DNA of 64,000 nucleotides from an uncultured Arcobacteraceae bacterium (GTDB lineage Bacteria > Campylobacterota > Campylobacteria > Campylobacterales > Arcobacteraceae), in NCBI GenBank assembly GCA_965659435.1, contig CBFHVJ010000001.1:697-64696 (forward strand). Reading direction: 5' to 3'. The position numbers and the translations under genes were made by a program. Under the pieces are notes generated by a model. It saw only the letters and a list, made by a program, of their open reading frames with translations, ran no database searches and was not told the origin of the DNA. Shown here piece after piece: positions 8,553 to 17,793 of the stretch; positions within the stretch are counted from its first letter, which is position 1; each line of letters opens with the position of its first letter.

Positions 8553-9686
8553 CTAATAATTATGAGCATCGGGTGCTTCAATCTCTTCTTTTGTTATTTT
8601 TACTTTATCCATCGAATACCAAGCATAAGCAATATAAGCTAACACAAATGGCACCATTAATGATGCATAGCTCATGGCCATTAAAGTATAATGGCTACCC
8701 GAACTATTTACAATTGTAAGTGAACTTTGTAAGTCATAAGTAGATGGATAATAGGCTGTATTATTAAACCCCACATTTAATATAATTGCCATAACAGTCA
8801 ATACTATTCCAACACCTGTAGGCGTGATACAGTAAGTTAGTTTGTATTGAACTGTTGCATATACACCAAATATCACTAAAACTACTCCTATAATAAACAT
8901 AAGAAAAACCATTGGTAGCTCTTTAAAATTGAGAAAGTATTTATTTTCTTGTATAAATACCATGGCATTTGTATCCACAGCATAACCATCTTTTAATAAT
9001 ATCCAAGCCATAAAGCCTAAGAAAAACACTAAAAAAATTATCATATTTATCTTGATTGAATCAATCGCTTTTTCTCTTATAGGTTCATAGTCAATATTAT
9101 TGATAAAATACAATGCCCCACTAATTTTTGCTAAATATACAAGGGCAAATCCTAATAAATAATTATATGGATTTTGTAATGCTTCTAAACCTCTTAAATC
9201 ATTTTGCCATAATACAAAATTATTAGAATCAAGTAAAAATTCACTTCCAGAAAAGAATGTACTGATGGCAACTCCAAGTAAAAACACCCCAAGTGAACCA
9301 TTGATTTTTAAAAATGTTTCATAAGTTTTTTTTCCTAAAAAATTATCTGGTTTTGTTCTATATTCATAACTTACTGCTTGAATAATAAAACAAAATAATA
9401 TAGCCATCCATACCCAATAAGCACCACCAAAACTTGTGGCATAAAAAAGTGGAAATGCAGCAAACAATGCTCCACCAAATAAAACTAATGTAGTAAAACC
9501 AAGCTCCCATTTTCTCCCTATAGAATTGATAAGCATTGTTTTTTCTGTTTCGTTTTCGCTTAATTTATCAATAAGAGTCTGTCCACCTTGAACAAACATA
9601 ATAAAAACAAATAGTCCTCCAAGTAATGCTATAATTATCCACCAATACTGTTGTAAGGTTAAAAGTTCTAAATCACCAAATCCCAT
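8553..9686 (-). CDS. cydB: Cytochrome bd-type quinol oxidase subunit II
   Basis: Polytopic membrane protein with the CydB pattern (LQQYWWIIIALLGG..., GRKWELGF). The start is set to ATG 9686, with GGAGGG upstream and 1 nt after the cydA TAA, rather than track 9710. Confidence 0.92.
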   Translation of the reverse strand: MGFGDLELLTLQQYWWIIIALLGGLFVFIMFVQGGQTLIDKLSENETEKTMLINSIGRKWELGFTTLVLFGGALFAAFPLFYATSFGGAYWVWMAILFCFIIQAVSYEYRTKPDNFLGKKTYETFLKINGSLGVFLLGVAISTFFSGSEFLLDSNNFVLWQNDLRGLEALQNPYNYLLGFALVYLAKISGALYFINNIDYEPIREKAIDSIKINMIIFLVFFLGFMAWILLKDGYAVDTNAMVFIQENKYFLNFKELPMVFLMFIIGVVLVIFGVYATVQYKLTYCITPTGVGIVLTVMAIILNVGFNNTAYYPSTYDLQSSLTIVNSSGSHYTLMAMSYASLMVPFVLAYIAYAWYSMDKVKITKEEIEAPDAHNY

Positions 9687-9687
9687 T

Positions 9688-11214
9688 TTAGTGCCCTCCC
9701 TCTGGTCCAATTTTTATCTGTTTTGTCATTATTTTAATTTCAGCTATCAAAAGTGCTGTAAAAAGAAATGCAAACATCCAAAAACTTATTTGTACATTGG
9801 TAGTTGATATGTGAGTAGCTGCAATTCCAACAGGCATCAAATCTTGTATTGCCCAAGGTTGCCTTCCAACTTCTGCTACAATCCATCCAGCTTCTGCTGC
9901 AATGTAGCCAAGTGGGATAGACCAAAGAGCTGATTGTAATACTAGTCTATATTGAGAAATATCTCTTTTTGTTACTAAAAATAATAATAATGCAAATAAA
10001 ACTATAAACCAACCACCAAGAGTAACCATTACATGAAATGCATAAAAAGTTGTTGCTATAGGAGGCACAATATCCTCAGGTTTTTTAATATGACCATACC
10101 CAAAGAATTTCATATTTGTCTGTAAAATACTATTTGCAATCTTCATTGCTTTTTCATCTTTTAGCTTTTTAGCTTTTTTATAGTCTTCTAAAGCCTGTAC
10201 AGCAATTTTCCCTCGTACCATTTTTTCTTCTACACTCATTATCCCACGCTCCTTATTCCCATAAACTAAGTCCTTAAGCCCTGGAACATATGCGTTAGGA
10301 GAGTGGTAGCCTAAAAGTGAAAGGGCATAAGGAATCTCAACTTCAAAATGATATGTATGTTCATCATTATTGAGTGTTTTTTTATTGTTTAATATTCCAA
10401 CAACTACTATACCAGCTCCCTCTTTCCCTTCATACAAGCCTTCCATCGCAGCTAGTTTTACAGGCTGTTTCAACGCAACTTGATGTGCAGATTCATCACC
10501 GCTTAGTGTTAAAAATAATGATGCAATTAAACCAAATGTAGCACCTATTACCATTGACCTTTTTGCAAATAAAACATCTCTTCCTTTTAAAAGATACCAA
10601 GCAGATATTCCAACAACAAAAAGTGCAGCTACAACATAACCACTCCCAATAGTGTGTAAAAATTTACTAATTGCAACAGGAGAAAATAAAACTTCCCAAA
10701 AATTTACCATCTCATTTCTAACTGTATTAGGATTAAATTCCATCCCTACAGGATACTGCATCCATCCATTTGCTACAAGTATCCAAAGAGCAGAAAGGTT
10801 TGAACCAACCGCAACCAACCAAGTTGATAACAGATGAAAGCCTTTACTTACCTTATCCCATCCAAAAAACATAACTGCAAAAAATGTTGATTCCATAAAA
10901 AAGGCTAAAATTCCTTCAACTGCAAGAGGTGCACCAAATATATCTCCAACAAACCATGCATAGTTTGCCCAATTTGTACCAAATTCAAATTCCATTATTA
11001 TCCCTGTAGCAACTCCAATTGCAAAGTTAATTGCAAATAATGTCATCCAGAATTTTGTCATCTTCTTATATGCTAAGTTTCCAGTTCTAACATAAATTGT
11101 TTCCATAATGGCTACTATAAAACCAAGACCAAGAGTAAGAGGTACAAACAACCAATGATATATTGCTGTTAGTGCAAATTGTGCCCTCGACCAATCAACT
11201 AAGTGTTCTTCCAT
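9688..11214 (-). CDS. cydA: Cytochrome bd-type quinol oxidase subunit I (short Q-loop, CioA-like)
   Basis: 508 aa with LSRAQFALTAIYHWLFVP, GWMQ.PVG and EAGW.V.E.GRQPW motifs typical of CydA. Confidence 0.95.
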   Translation of the reverse strand: MEEHLVDWSRAQFALTAIYHWLFVPLTLGLGFIVAIMETIYVRTGNLAYKKMTKFWMTLFAINFAIGVATGIIMEFEFGTNWANYAWFVGDIFGAPLAVEGILAFFMESTFFAVMFFGWDKVSKGFHLLSTWLVAVGSNLSALWILVANGWMQYPVGMEFNPNTVRNEMVNFWEVLFSPVAISKFLHTIGSGYVVAALFVVGISAWYLLKGRDVLFAKRSMVIGATFGLIASLFLTLSGDESAHQVALKQPVKLAAMEGLYEGKEGAGIVVVGILNNKKTLNNDEHTYHFEVEIPYALSLLGYHSPNAYVPGLKDLVYGNKERGIMSVEEKMVRGKIAVQALEDYKKAKKLKDEKAMKIANSILQTNMKFFGYGHIKKPEDIVPPIATTFYAFHVMVTLGGWFIVLFALLLFLVTKRDISQYRLVLQSALWSIPLGYIAAEAGWIVAEVGRQPWAIQDLMPVGIAATHISTTNVQISFWMFAFLFTALLIAEIKIMTKQIKIGPEGGH

Positions 11215-11426
11215 TATTTTCCTCCTACTAAGTTTTCATGTACAAAGTTTATTTTTTCTTCTTGAGTTATATACTCACTTTTAAAATTTGTATCATGTAC
11301 AAAGTATTTTAAAAATATTAATATCACTGCAAGTTTTATGAATATTAACTTCCATAAAGTTTTACCAACTTTCATATTTTTAAATCCCTCATAATACATT
11401 AAATAAATATTTTTTATATTTATCAT
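11214..11426 (-). CDS. DUF4492 small membrane protein (commonly found upstream of cydA)
   Basis: MINIKNIYLMYYEGFKNMKVGKTLWKLIFIKLAVILIFLKYF matches my memory of the DUF4492 core (GF..M..GKTLW..I.IKL). ATG 11426 has AAAGGA 6 nt upstream. The stop overlaps the cydA ATG (TAATG). Confidence 0.65.
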   Translation of the reverse strand: MINIKNIYLMYYEGFKNMKVGKTLWKLIFIKLAVILIFLKYFVHDTNFKSEYITQEEKINFVHENLVGGK

Positions 11427-11532
11427 AAGTTTTCCTTTTTGAACATATGCTTGAATCATATCATTCTAAATGAACATATGTCAAGTATATTTAAATTAAA
11501 TTTAGCTAAAATTTCAATATTAAGGATATATA

Positions 11533-12141
11533 ATGCCAAGAGAGAAGACACAAAGAAATCTAAATTTCAAGCCTATTGTTACAGAATATATACCATCTAG
11601 TGGTAAGTATAACGGTGTATCAAAATTGTTACATGAAGAGATTGAGGCAATATATCTTATGGATGTATTAAACTTATATCAAGAAGATGCTGCAAAAAAA
11701 ATGGGAATTTCGAGACCAACTTTTACAAGAATTATAAAAAGTGCAAGACAAAAACTAACACATGGACTCATTTCAGGATATAAAATAGTACTTGAAGATG
11801 ATAAAAAAGATTTAGTCATTGCATTTTGTACCAATGATATAAATACATTTGAACTTATTGACCCTAAACAAGAAATCATATTAATTTATCACATAAAAGA
11901 TAATACAATAAATTTGATTGATGAGATTAAGAATCCCATATCAATAAATAATTCTAAACCTGCTATTGAATTACCAAAAATCTTACTTGATTATAATGTT
12001 AATACATTTATTAGTTCTAAAATTGGAGAAGGTTTAAAACATTCTTTGATGTCAAAAGGAATAAACCCTTTGATTCAAGATACAATTAGTATAAATTACT
12101 TGAAAAGTATGACTATAAATAATATTGTATCAATTAGATAA
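11533..12141 (+). CDS. DUF134 (UPF0251, sigma-70 region-4-like HTH) fused to a NifX/NifB-like domain
   Basis: The N-terminus, MPREKTQRNLNFKPIVTEYIP...EEIEAIYLMDVLNLYQEDAAKKMGISRPTFTRIIKSARQKL, is DUF134-like. The C-terminus, LVIAFCTNDIN...NVNTFISSKIGEGLKHSLMSKGINPL, is NifX-like. It is divergent from the cyd operon. Confidence 0.65.
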   Translation: MPREKTQRNLNFKPIVTEYIPSSGKYNGVSKLLHEEIEAIYLMDVLNLYQEDAAKKMGISRPTFTRIIKSARQKLTHGLISGYKIVLEDDKKDLVIAFCTNDINTFELIDPKQEIILIYHIKDNTINLIDEIKNPISINNSKPAIELPKILLDYNVNTFISSKIGEGLKHSLMSKGINPLIQDTISINYLKSMTINNIVSIR

Positions 12142-12239
12142 AATATTAAATATAGAAGGAAAAACCAATCTTATAGAAGAGATGTATCAAAACTAGCTAT
12201 AACTTCAGTTACCGACAAACTCATACCAAAGATTGAAAA

Positions 12240-13373
12240 TTAGCTATATTTTTTTCTTAAAATAACCCCTGATTCTATATGAGAACTAAATGCAAACTGA
12301 TCAAATAGAGCAAATTTTTCAATAGTATGAGTTTTTGTTAACTCTAATAAGTCCCTATACAAAGTTTCTGGATTACATGATATATAAATAATCTGATTAA
12401 ATTCTTTAGAAAGTTGTGTAGTTGTTTCATCAAGTCCAGCTCTTGGTGGATCCATAAAAATAGTACTGAAATTATAAGTATTAAGATTTACATCTTCTTT
12501 TTTCATTCTTGTAAACTCTCGTACACCTTGTCTAGCTTCTACAAATTCTTCACTTGACATCCTAATAAACTTAATATTTTCTACATTATTTAGAGTACAA
12601 TTTTTCTTTGCAGATCTTATTGATGTTTTACTAATTTCTGTTGCAAGTACATTATTAAAATGTTTTGAAAGTGGTATAGTGAAATTTCCACCACCACAAT
12701 AAAGTTCACATAGATCATCTTTAGCTTGAATATTATCGATAACCCACTCGATCATCTTCTCATTTACTTTTTGATTTGGTTGAGTGAATCCACCCTCTTG
12801 ATATTGAAATTTAAACTGTTCATTTTTAATAGTTAGTTCTTCATCAATACAATCAGTTGATAAAATAACTTTTTGTTTTCTACTTCTACCAATAATTTTA
12901 ATACTTAACTTTTCTTCTAATCTTGTAGCAATTTCACTCCACTGCTCATCTAGTTTTCTATGATATACCAGAGTTACAAGTATATCTCCCGTAGTACTCC
13001 CTAAAAATTCTACCATGAAAAGTTTTTTAGATAATATTTCATCTTGCTTTATCTCTTCAAGTAATGTAGGCATAAGTGATGAAATAGATTTACTTACTAT
13101 ACTACAACTTTCAATTGGTAATATTTTTTTATTTATATCATTCATAGCATAATAGATAGTACCATTTAGATGTAATATTCTAAATTCTGCTCTATTTCTA
13201 AAAGCTCCATCTTCACTTTGAATAACATCAATATTTGTTAAATCAAACTCTTCAAATCTTTTTTTCTCTCTTGCTAATTTGAACTCTAATTGTTCATCAT
13301 AACTTATTCCGCCAAGATTACAACTTCCACATCTTTCATGTGTATCTGTAGCTTGAAAATATTTACAATCCAT
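12240..13373 (-). CDS. trmA: tRNA (uracil54-C5)-methyltransferase, TrmA family
   Basis: 377 aa with ELYCGGGNFT, FMDPPRAGLD and ISCNPETL motifs of RNA m5U methyltransferases. AGGA lies upstream of the ATG. Confidence 0.85.
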   Translation of the reverse strand: MDCKYFQATDTHERCGSCNLGGISYDEQLEFKLAREKKRFEEFDLTNIDVIQSEDGAFRNRAEFRILHLNGTIYYAMNDINKKILPIESCSIVSKSISSLMPTLLEEIKQDEILSKKLFMVEFLGSTTGDILVTLVYHRKLDEQWSEIATRLEEKLSIKIIGRSRKQKVILSTDCIDEELTIKNEQFKFQYQEGGFTQPNQKVNEKMIEWVIDNIQAKDDLCELYCGGGNFTIPLSKHFNNVLATEISKTSIRSAKKNCTLNNVENIKFIRMSSEEFVEARQGVREFTRMKKEDVNLNTYNFSTIFMDPPRAGLDETTTQLSKEFNQIIYISCNPETLYRDLLELTKTHTIEKFALFDQFAFSSHIESGVILRKKYS

Positions 13374-13411
13374 ACTTATCCTATTTACTAATAATTATGA
13401 TATTATAACAA

Positions 13412-15034
13412 ATGCAAAATGAATCCCTTAGGTCTCAACTCAATAACTTCCTTAACTGTGATATAAAAACTCTCTATCCTCTAGCTCGTAGCATGAAAAG
13501 AGAGCTATACTTTTTCGTAGGACCTACAAATAGTGGGAAAACATATAATGCCATGCAAGAGCTCAAAAAAGCCCATACAGGTGTTTATCTAGCTCCTCTT
13601 AGGCTACTAGCATTAGAAAACTATGAAAGCTTAATACAAGACAATATTGAGACATCATTAGTAACTGGTGAAGAACAGATATTCAATGAAGATGCTGCAC
13701 ATATTTGTAGTACTATTGAGATGCTTGATTTTAATCTTGATGTTGATGTTTGTGTAATAGATGAAGTGCAAATGATTGCAGATGAAGACCGTGGTTGGGC
13801 ATGGGTGAATGCAATATTAGGAGCTCCTGCAAAAAAGATTATCATGACGGGAAGTGTAAATGCACTAGATGCTGTAAAAAAAATTGCTTCCTATTTAGAT
13901 GAAGAATTAATTGTAAAAAAGTTTAAAAGAAAAACTCCTCTGGAATTACTTCCAAAAGCTACAAACTTAAGAGATATCCAACCTGGAACTGCTTTAATTG
14001 CATTTAGTAGAAAAAATGTACTTATGTATAAAGCAAAACTACAAAAGTACCATAAAGTATCTATCATCTATGGAAACTTAAGTCCAGAAGTAAGACGTGA
14101 AGAAGCTAGAAGATTTAGAGATGGTGAAACTACGATACTAATTGCTACAGATGCTATTGCTATGGGACTTAACCTACCTATTAGAACAATTTTATTTACA
14201 ACTGATACAAAGTTTGATGGTGTTGAAAATAGATTACTTTATCCTACAGAGATTATACAAATTGCTGGTCGAGCAGGAAGATATGGTTTCCATGAAGCTG
14301 GTCATATTGGTGCTATTAAATCTTCTATATTAAAAAATATTGACAATATATACAATCAAAGTGTAAGAACTATCAAACCACCATTTAAAGTAAAAGCAAG
14401 TAACGTTCAAATTGAACAACTCTCACAACTATTAAAAACTCATAATTTAAATAAAATATTAGATTTCTTTGCAAAAAATATGTATTTTAGTGGACCATTT
14501 AGTGCAACAAATATTAGTAGTATGATCGATACTTCTAAAATTGTTGAAGATCACTATCAATACCTAACACTTGAACAAAAATATATCCTTGCACAAGCAC
14601 CTATTAATACAAGATCACCACTTATACTAAATGGGTTTAAAAAATATATAGGTTCTATTAGTCAAAGAAAAGTTATTAAATATAAAATATCTATTAATAT
14701 AAATAAACCAGCTTCTACCCAAGAGGAACTTTTAAAAGCAGAAGATGAAGTAAAAAAGATATCACTTTATCTATGGTTATCTTATAAACTACCAGATATT
14801 TTTCCTGATGAATGCAAAGTACGATTACTAAGAGAGAAAGTAAATCAATATATTGAAAACTCTTTAAAAAATAACAAAACACTTAAAAGAGCTGAACGAC
14901 CTATACGAAGAGATAGAGGAAATAATCAAAAAAAGTCTTATAAAGATAACAATAAACAAGATAGAGATCCTAGATCACAAAGATCTAGGAAGAGAAGATC
15001 AGACCGTGATAAAAAACATCACGGAATGAGATAG
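13412..15034 (+). CDS. SUV3-family ATP-dependent RNA helicase-like protein with highly basic C-terminal tail
   Basis: Walker A is GPTNSGKTY. Also present are the DEVQ box, SRK, ATDAIAMGLNLPI, QIAGRAGR and a SUV3_C-like LYLWLSYKL segment. The last ~55 aa are rich in Arg, Lys, Asp, Asn and Gln. Confidence 0.8.
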   Translation: MQNESLRSQLNNFLNCDIKTLYPLARSMKRELYFFVGPTNSGKTYNAMQELKKAHTGVYLAPLRLLALENYESLIQDNIETSLVTGEEQIFNEDAAHICSTIEMLDFNLDVDVCVIDEVQMIADEDRGWAWVNAILGAPAKKIIMTGSVNALDAVKKIASYLDEELIVKKFKRKTPLELLPKATNLRDIQPGTALIAFSRKNVLMYKAKLQKYHKVSIIYGNLSPEVRREEARRFRDGETTILIATDAIAMGLNLPIRTILFTTDTKFDGVENRLLYPTEIIQIAGRAGRYGFHEAGHIGAIKSSILKNIDNIYNQSVRTIKPPFKVKASNVQIEQLSQLLKTHNLNKILDFFAKNMYFSGPFSATNISSMIDTSKIVEDHYQYLTLEQKYILAQAPINTRSPLILNGFKKYIGSISQRKVIKYKISININKPASTQEELLKAEDEVKKISLYLWLSYKLPDIFPDECKVRLLREKVNQYIENSLKNNKTLKRAERPIRRDRGNNQKKSYKDNNKQDRDPRSQRSRKRRSDRDKKHHGMR

Positions 15035-15036
15035 AT

Positions 15037-16011
15037 CTATATTTTAACTAAATATCTCCCTACAATATCTCCAGCTAACATCTTCTTATAAACATCAGAG
15101 ATCTCATCAAGTGAGATTTGTGTTGTTAATTCTTCTAATGAATCTAGTTTAAAGTCTGTAGCAATTTTTTCCCATGCTGCTGCTTTTTTCTCTTTTGTAC
15201 ATTCAACTGAATCAATCCCTATAAGTCTAACACCTCTTAATATAAATGGAAATACATTTATTGGTAATTCAAAAGATGCTGTTAATCCACAACATGTAGC
15301 AACTCCATCATATTTTACTATTTTTAAAGCTTCTGCTAAAATATTTCCACCAACAGTATCTACAATACCATCAAATGTTTCACGTCCCATTGGTCGCTTA
15401 TTCTCAACATCAAAATCACTTCTTAAAATCACATCACTTGCACCAATAGATTTTAAAAATGGTATTTGATCAGCTTTTCCTGTTACTGCTGTTACATCAA
15501 ATCTTAGCTTACTTAAAATAGCTACAGATATACTACCTACTCCACCAGTTGCACCTGTTACTAGTACTTTTCCAGTTTTAATACCATTTTCAAGAAGTTC
15601 ATTGATACTTAAAGCCGCTGTTAAACCAGCTGTTCCATATATCATGATCTCTCTTGCTGTAATATTGTTAGGAAGTTTAATCACCCACGATGCTGGAACC
15701 TTTACAAATTCACTATGACCACCACGAGTATGCATACCAAAATCATATCCAGTTACAACTACCTTATCACCAACTTTAAAGTCAGATGAATTAGATTGCT
15801 CTACTATTCCTGCAACATCAATACCTGTAGTATGAGGGAAGTTTTTAGATACTCCTGAATTTCCAATAGAGCTTAATGCATCTTTATAGTTTAAAGAAGA
15901 ATACTCCGCTTTAATCAATACCTCACCATCCTCAATAGTTGGAATATCAATATCTTGTACACCTGATTGAAACTTTTTATCTTCAATTTTCTCTACTACA
16001 TATGCTTTCAT
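15037..16011 (-). CDS. YhdH/YhfP (AcuI-type) family NADPH:quinone / acrylyl-CoA reductase (MDR superfamily)
   Basis: MKAYVVEK...VLIKAEYSSLNYKDAL and VLVTGATGGVGS match the YhdH subfamily pattern. AAAGGA RBS. Confidence 0.85.
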   Translation of the reverse strand: MKAYVVEKIEDKKFQSGVQDIDIPTIEDGEVLIKAEYSSLNYKDALSSIGNSGVSKNFPHTTGIDVAGIVEQSNSSDFKVGDKVVVTGYDFGMHTRGGHSEFVKVPASWVIKLPNNITAREIMIYGTAGLTAALSINELLENGIKTGKVLVTGATGGVGSISVAILSKLRFDVTAVTGKADQIPFLKSIGASDVILRSDFDVENKRPMGRETFDGIVDTVGGNILAEALKIVKYDGVATCCGLTASFELPINVFPFILRGVRLIGIDSVECTKEKKAAAWEKIATDFKLDSLEELTTQISLDEISDVYKKMLAGDIVGRYLVKI

Positions 16012-16096
16012 TTTAATCCTTTGTTTACTTATTCTAAAACTTTAGCTAAAATGGTACAATAACACAAGAACATACAAAAAAGTAAGGTACTATCTA

Positions 16097-16108
16097 AAAG
16101 TATACTTT
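16097..16108. promoter_or_regulatory. 12-bp perfect palindrome AAAGTATACTTT in the yhdH/hxlR divergent promoter (candidate HxlR-family operator)
   Basis: Read directly, 18 nt upstream of the HxlR-family ATG. Palindromes of this size are expected by chance several times in 64 kb of AT-rich DNA, so the evidence is weak. Confidence 0.25.
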
Positions 16109-16126
16109 AGATAAATAGGGCTTCTT

Positions 16127-16468
16127 ATGACTAAAAAAATTGACAATATAGAAAATATTGAAAAGTGTCCAGTAGAAACATCACTAGATGTATTAGCTGG
16201 AAAATGGAAAATTTTGATTCTTTGGTATTTAAGAAGTGAGACTAAAAGATTTAATGAACTACAAAAATTACTTCCTAGAACAACACAAAAAATGCTCATA
16301 CAAAAACTAAGAGAGTTAGAAGAGGATGGAATAGTTCATAGAGAAGTATATCCTATCGTTCCACCAAAGGTAGAATATTCACTTACAGAATATGGACAAA
16401 CATTAAAACCTATACTAAAACAACTCTATTTATGGGGCGAGATTCATAAAGAGAAATTTTCTAAATAG
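16127..16468 (+). CDS. HxlR-family winged-helix transcriptional regulator
   Basis: [22 protein letters not shown]....RFNEL...[21 protein letters not shown] is the canonical HxlR signature. Confidence 0.92.
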   Translation: MTKKIDNIENIEKCPVETSLDVLAGKWKILILWYLRSETKRFNELQKLLPRTTQKMLIQKLRELEEDGIVHREVYPIVPPKVEYSLTEYGQTLKPILKQLYLWGEIHKEKFSK

Positions 16469-16494
16469 AAATTCTCTTTAATTATATTTATCTA

Positions 16495-17670
16495 CTAATA
16501 AGTATCCGCAGGAACATGTACAAAACCATCCATAATGATTCTTGCACTTCTACTCATACTTGCTTTTTCAACTACATATTTACCATCATTTTGAGATAAT
16601 GCAGCTCCCACTTTAATAGCTCCACTTGGGTGACCAAATGTAACTGTTTCTTTTTCACCACCACCAGCAGCAATATTTACTAAAGTTCCAGGGATACAAG
16701 CAGCTACACCAATTGCAACTGATGCTGTACCCATCATTGCATGATGTAGTTGTTGCATAGATAATGCTCTTACATGTAGATCCATCTCACCTGCTTTTAC
16801 CTCTTTACCTGAAGATGTTGTAAAATCTTGTGGAGGTGAAACAAATGCAATTTTTGGAGTGTGTTGTTGCGTTAATGCATCTTCTGCACTTTTCATAACA
16901 CCCATTTTAAGAGCACCAGCTATTCTAATTTTTTCAAATCTAGCTAAAGCTTGCGTATCAGAGTTAATATCACCTTGAAGTTCAGTACCTTTGTATCCAA
17001 TTTCTTCAGCATTTACAAATACTGTAGGAATACCAGCAGTGATCATAGTTGCTTTAAAAGTTCCTACCCCTTCAACTTCTAAATCATCAACTAGGTTTCC
17101 TGTAGGGAATAACTCTTCAGAAGGATCAACTGGTTCTACAAACTCTAATTGAATCTCTTGGGCAGGAAAAGCAATACCATCAATTTCATAATCACCCATC
17201 TCTTTAACCATACCATTTTCCATAGTTACATAACAAAGAATTGTTTTTTTAATGTTTGCTTGCCAAATTCTTACACAACATACACCATTTTGGGGTACAT
17301 TTTCAACTAATCCTTCATGAATAGCAAATGGTCCAACAGCAGATGATAAGTTTCCACAGTTTCCACTCATATCTACAAAGTCTTTATCAATTGCAACTTG
17401 ACAGAAATAATAATCTACATCATGACCTTCAACATCTGATTTTCCAACTAAAATTGCTTTAGAAGTAGATGAAGAAGCTCCTCCCATTCCATCCATTTGT
17501 TTTTTATAAATATCTGGAGAACCTACGATTCTTTGAAGTAATTTATCTCTTTTTACTGGATCTTCTTGAGTTTCTTTTGGAAGATCTGCAATATTAAAGA
17601 AAGTTCCTTTAGAAGTTCCACCTCTCATATAGGTAGCTTTTACTTTAAATTGTGGTTGATATGCCATCAT
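16495..17670 (-). CDS. prpF: 2-methylaconitate cis-trans isomerase
   Basis: ATYMRGGTSKG at the N-terminus, 391 aa, located directly after acnD. Confidence 0.92.
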   Translation of the reverse strand: MMAYQPQFKVKATYMRGGTSKGTFFNIADLPKETQEDPVKRDKLLQRIVGSPDIYKKQMDGMGGASSSTSKAILVGKSDVEGHDVDYYFCQVAIDKDFVDMSGNCGNLSSAVGPFAIHEGLVENVPQNGVCCVRIWQANIKKTILCYVTMENGMVKEMGDYEIDGIAFPAQEIQLEFVEPVDPSEELFPTGNLVDDLEVEGVGTFKATMITAGIPTVFVNAEEIGYKGTELQGDINSDTQALARFEKIRIAGALKMGVMKSAEDALTQQHTPKIAFVSPPQDFTTSSGKEVKAGEMDLHVRALSMQQLHHAMMGTASVAIGVAACIPGTLVNIAAGGGEKETVTFGHPSGAIKVGAALSQNDGKYVVEKASMSRSARIIMDGFVHVPADTY

Positions 17671-17743
17671 ATTATCCTTATAATTTTTATTAAATAATCT
17701 ATAAAAAAATCCTGTGATCTCTTTATAGACCTCTTAACCTAAA

Positions 17744-17765
17744 AAGGGCTAATTACTTAGCCCTT
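17744..17765 (-). terminator. Terminator-like stem-loop between acnD and prpF (internal to the prp operon)
   Basis: On the coding (minus) strand the sequence is AAGGGCUAA-GUAA-UUAGCCCUU followed by UUUAGG. It is a 9-bp perfect stem, 28 nt after the acnD stop and 74 nt before the prpF ATG. Confidence 0.45.
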
Positions 17766-17793
17766 CTTTTAGAAATGTTTGTGAAATAGTGTA

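Noticed and set aside
12142-12239. The 98-nt gap between convergent genes (the DUF134 fusion and trmA) could hold a terminator or small RNA.
   Set aside because: I found no convincing inverted repeat or conserved RNA motif by eye.
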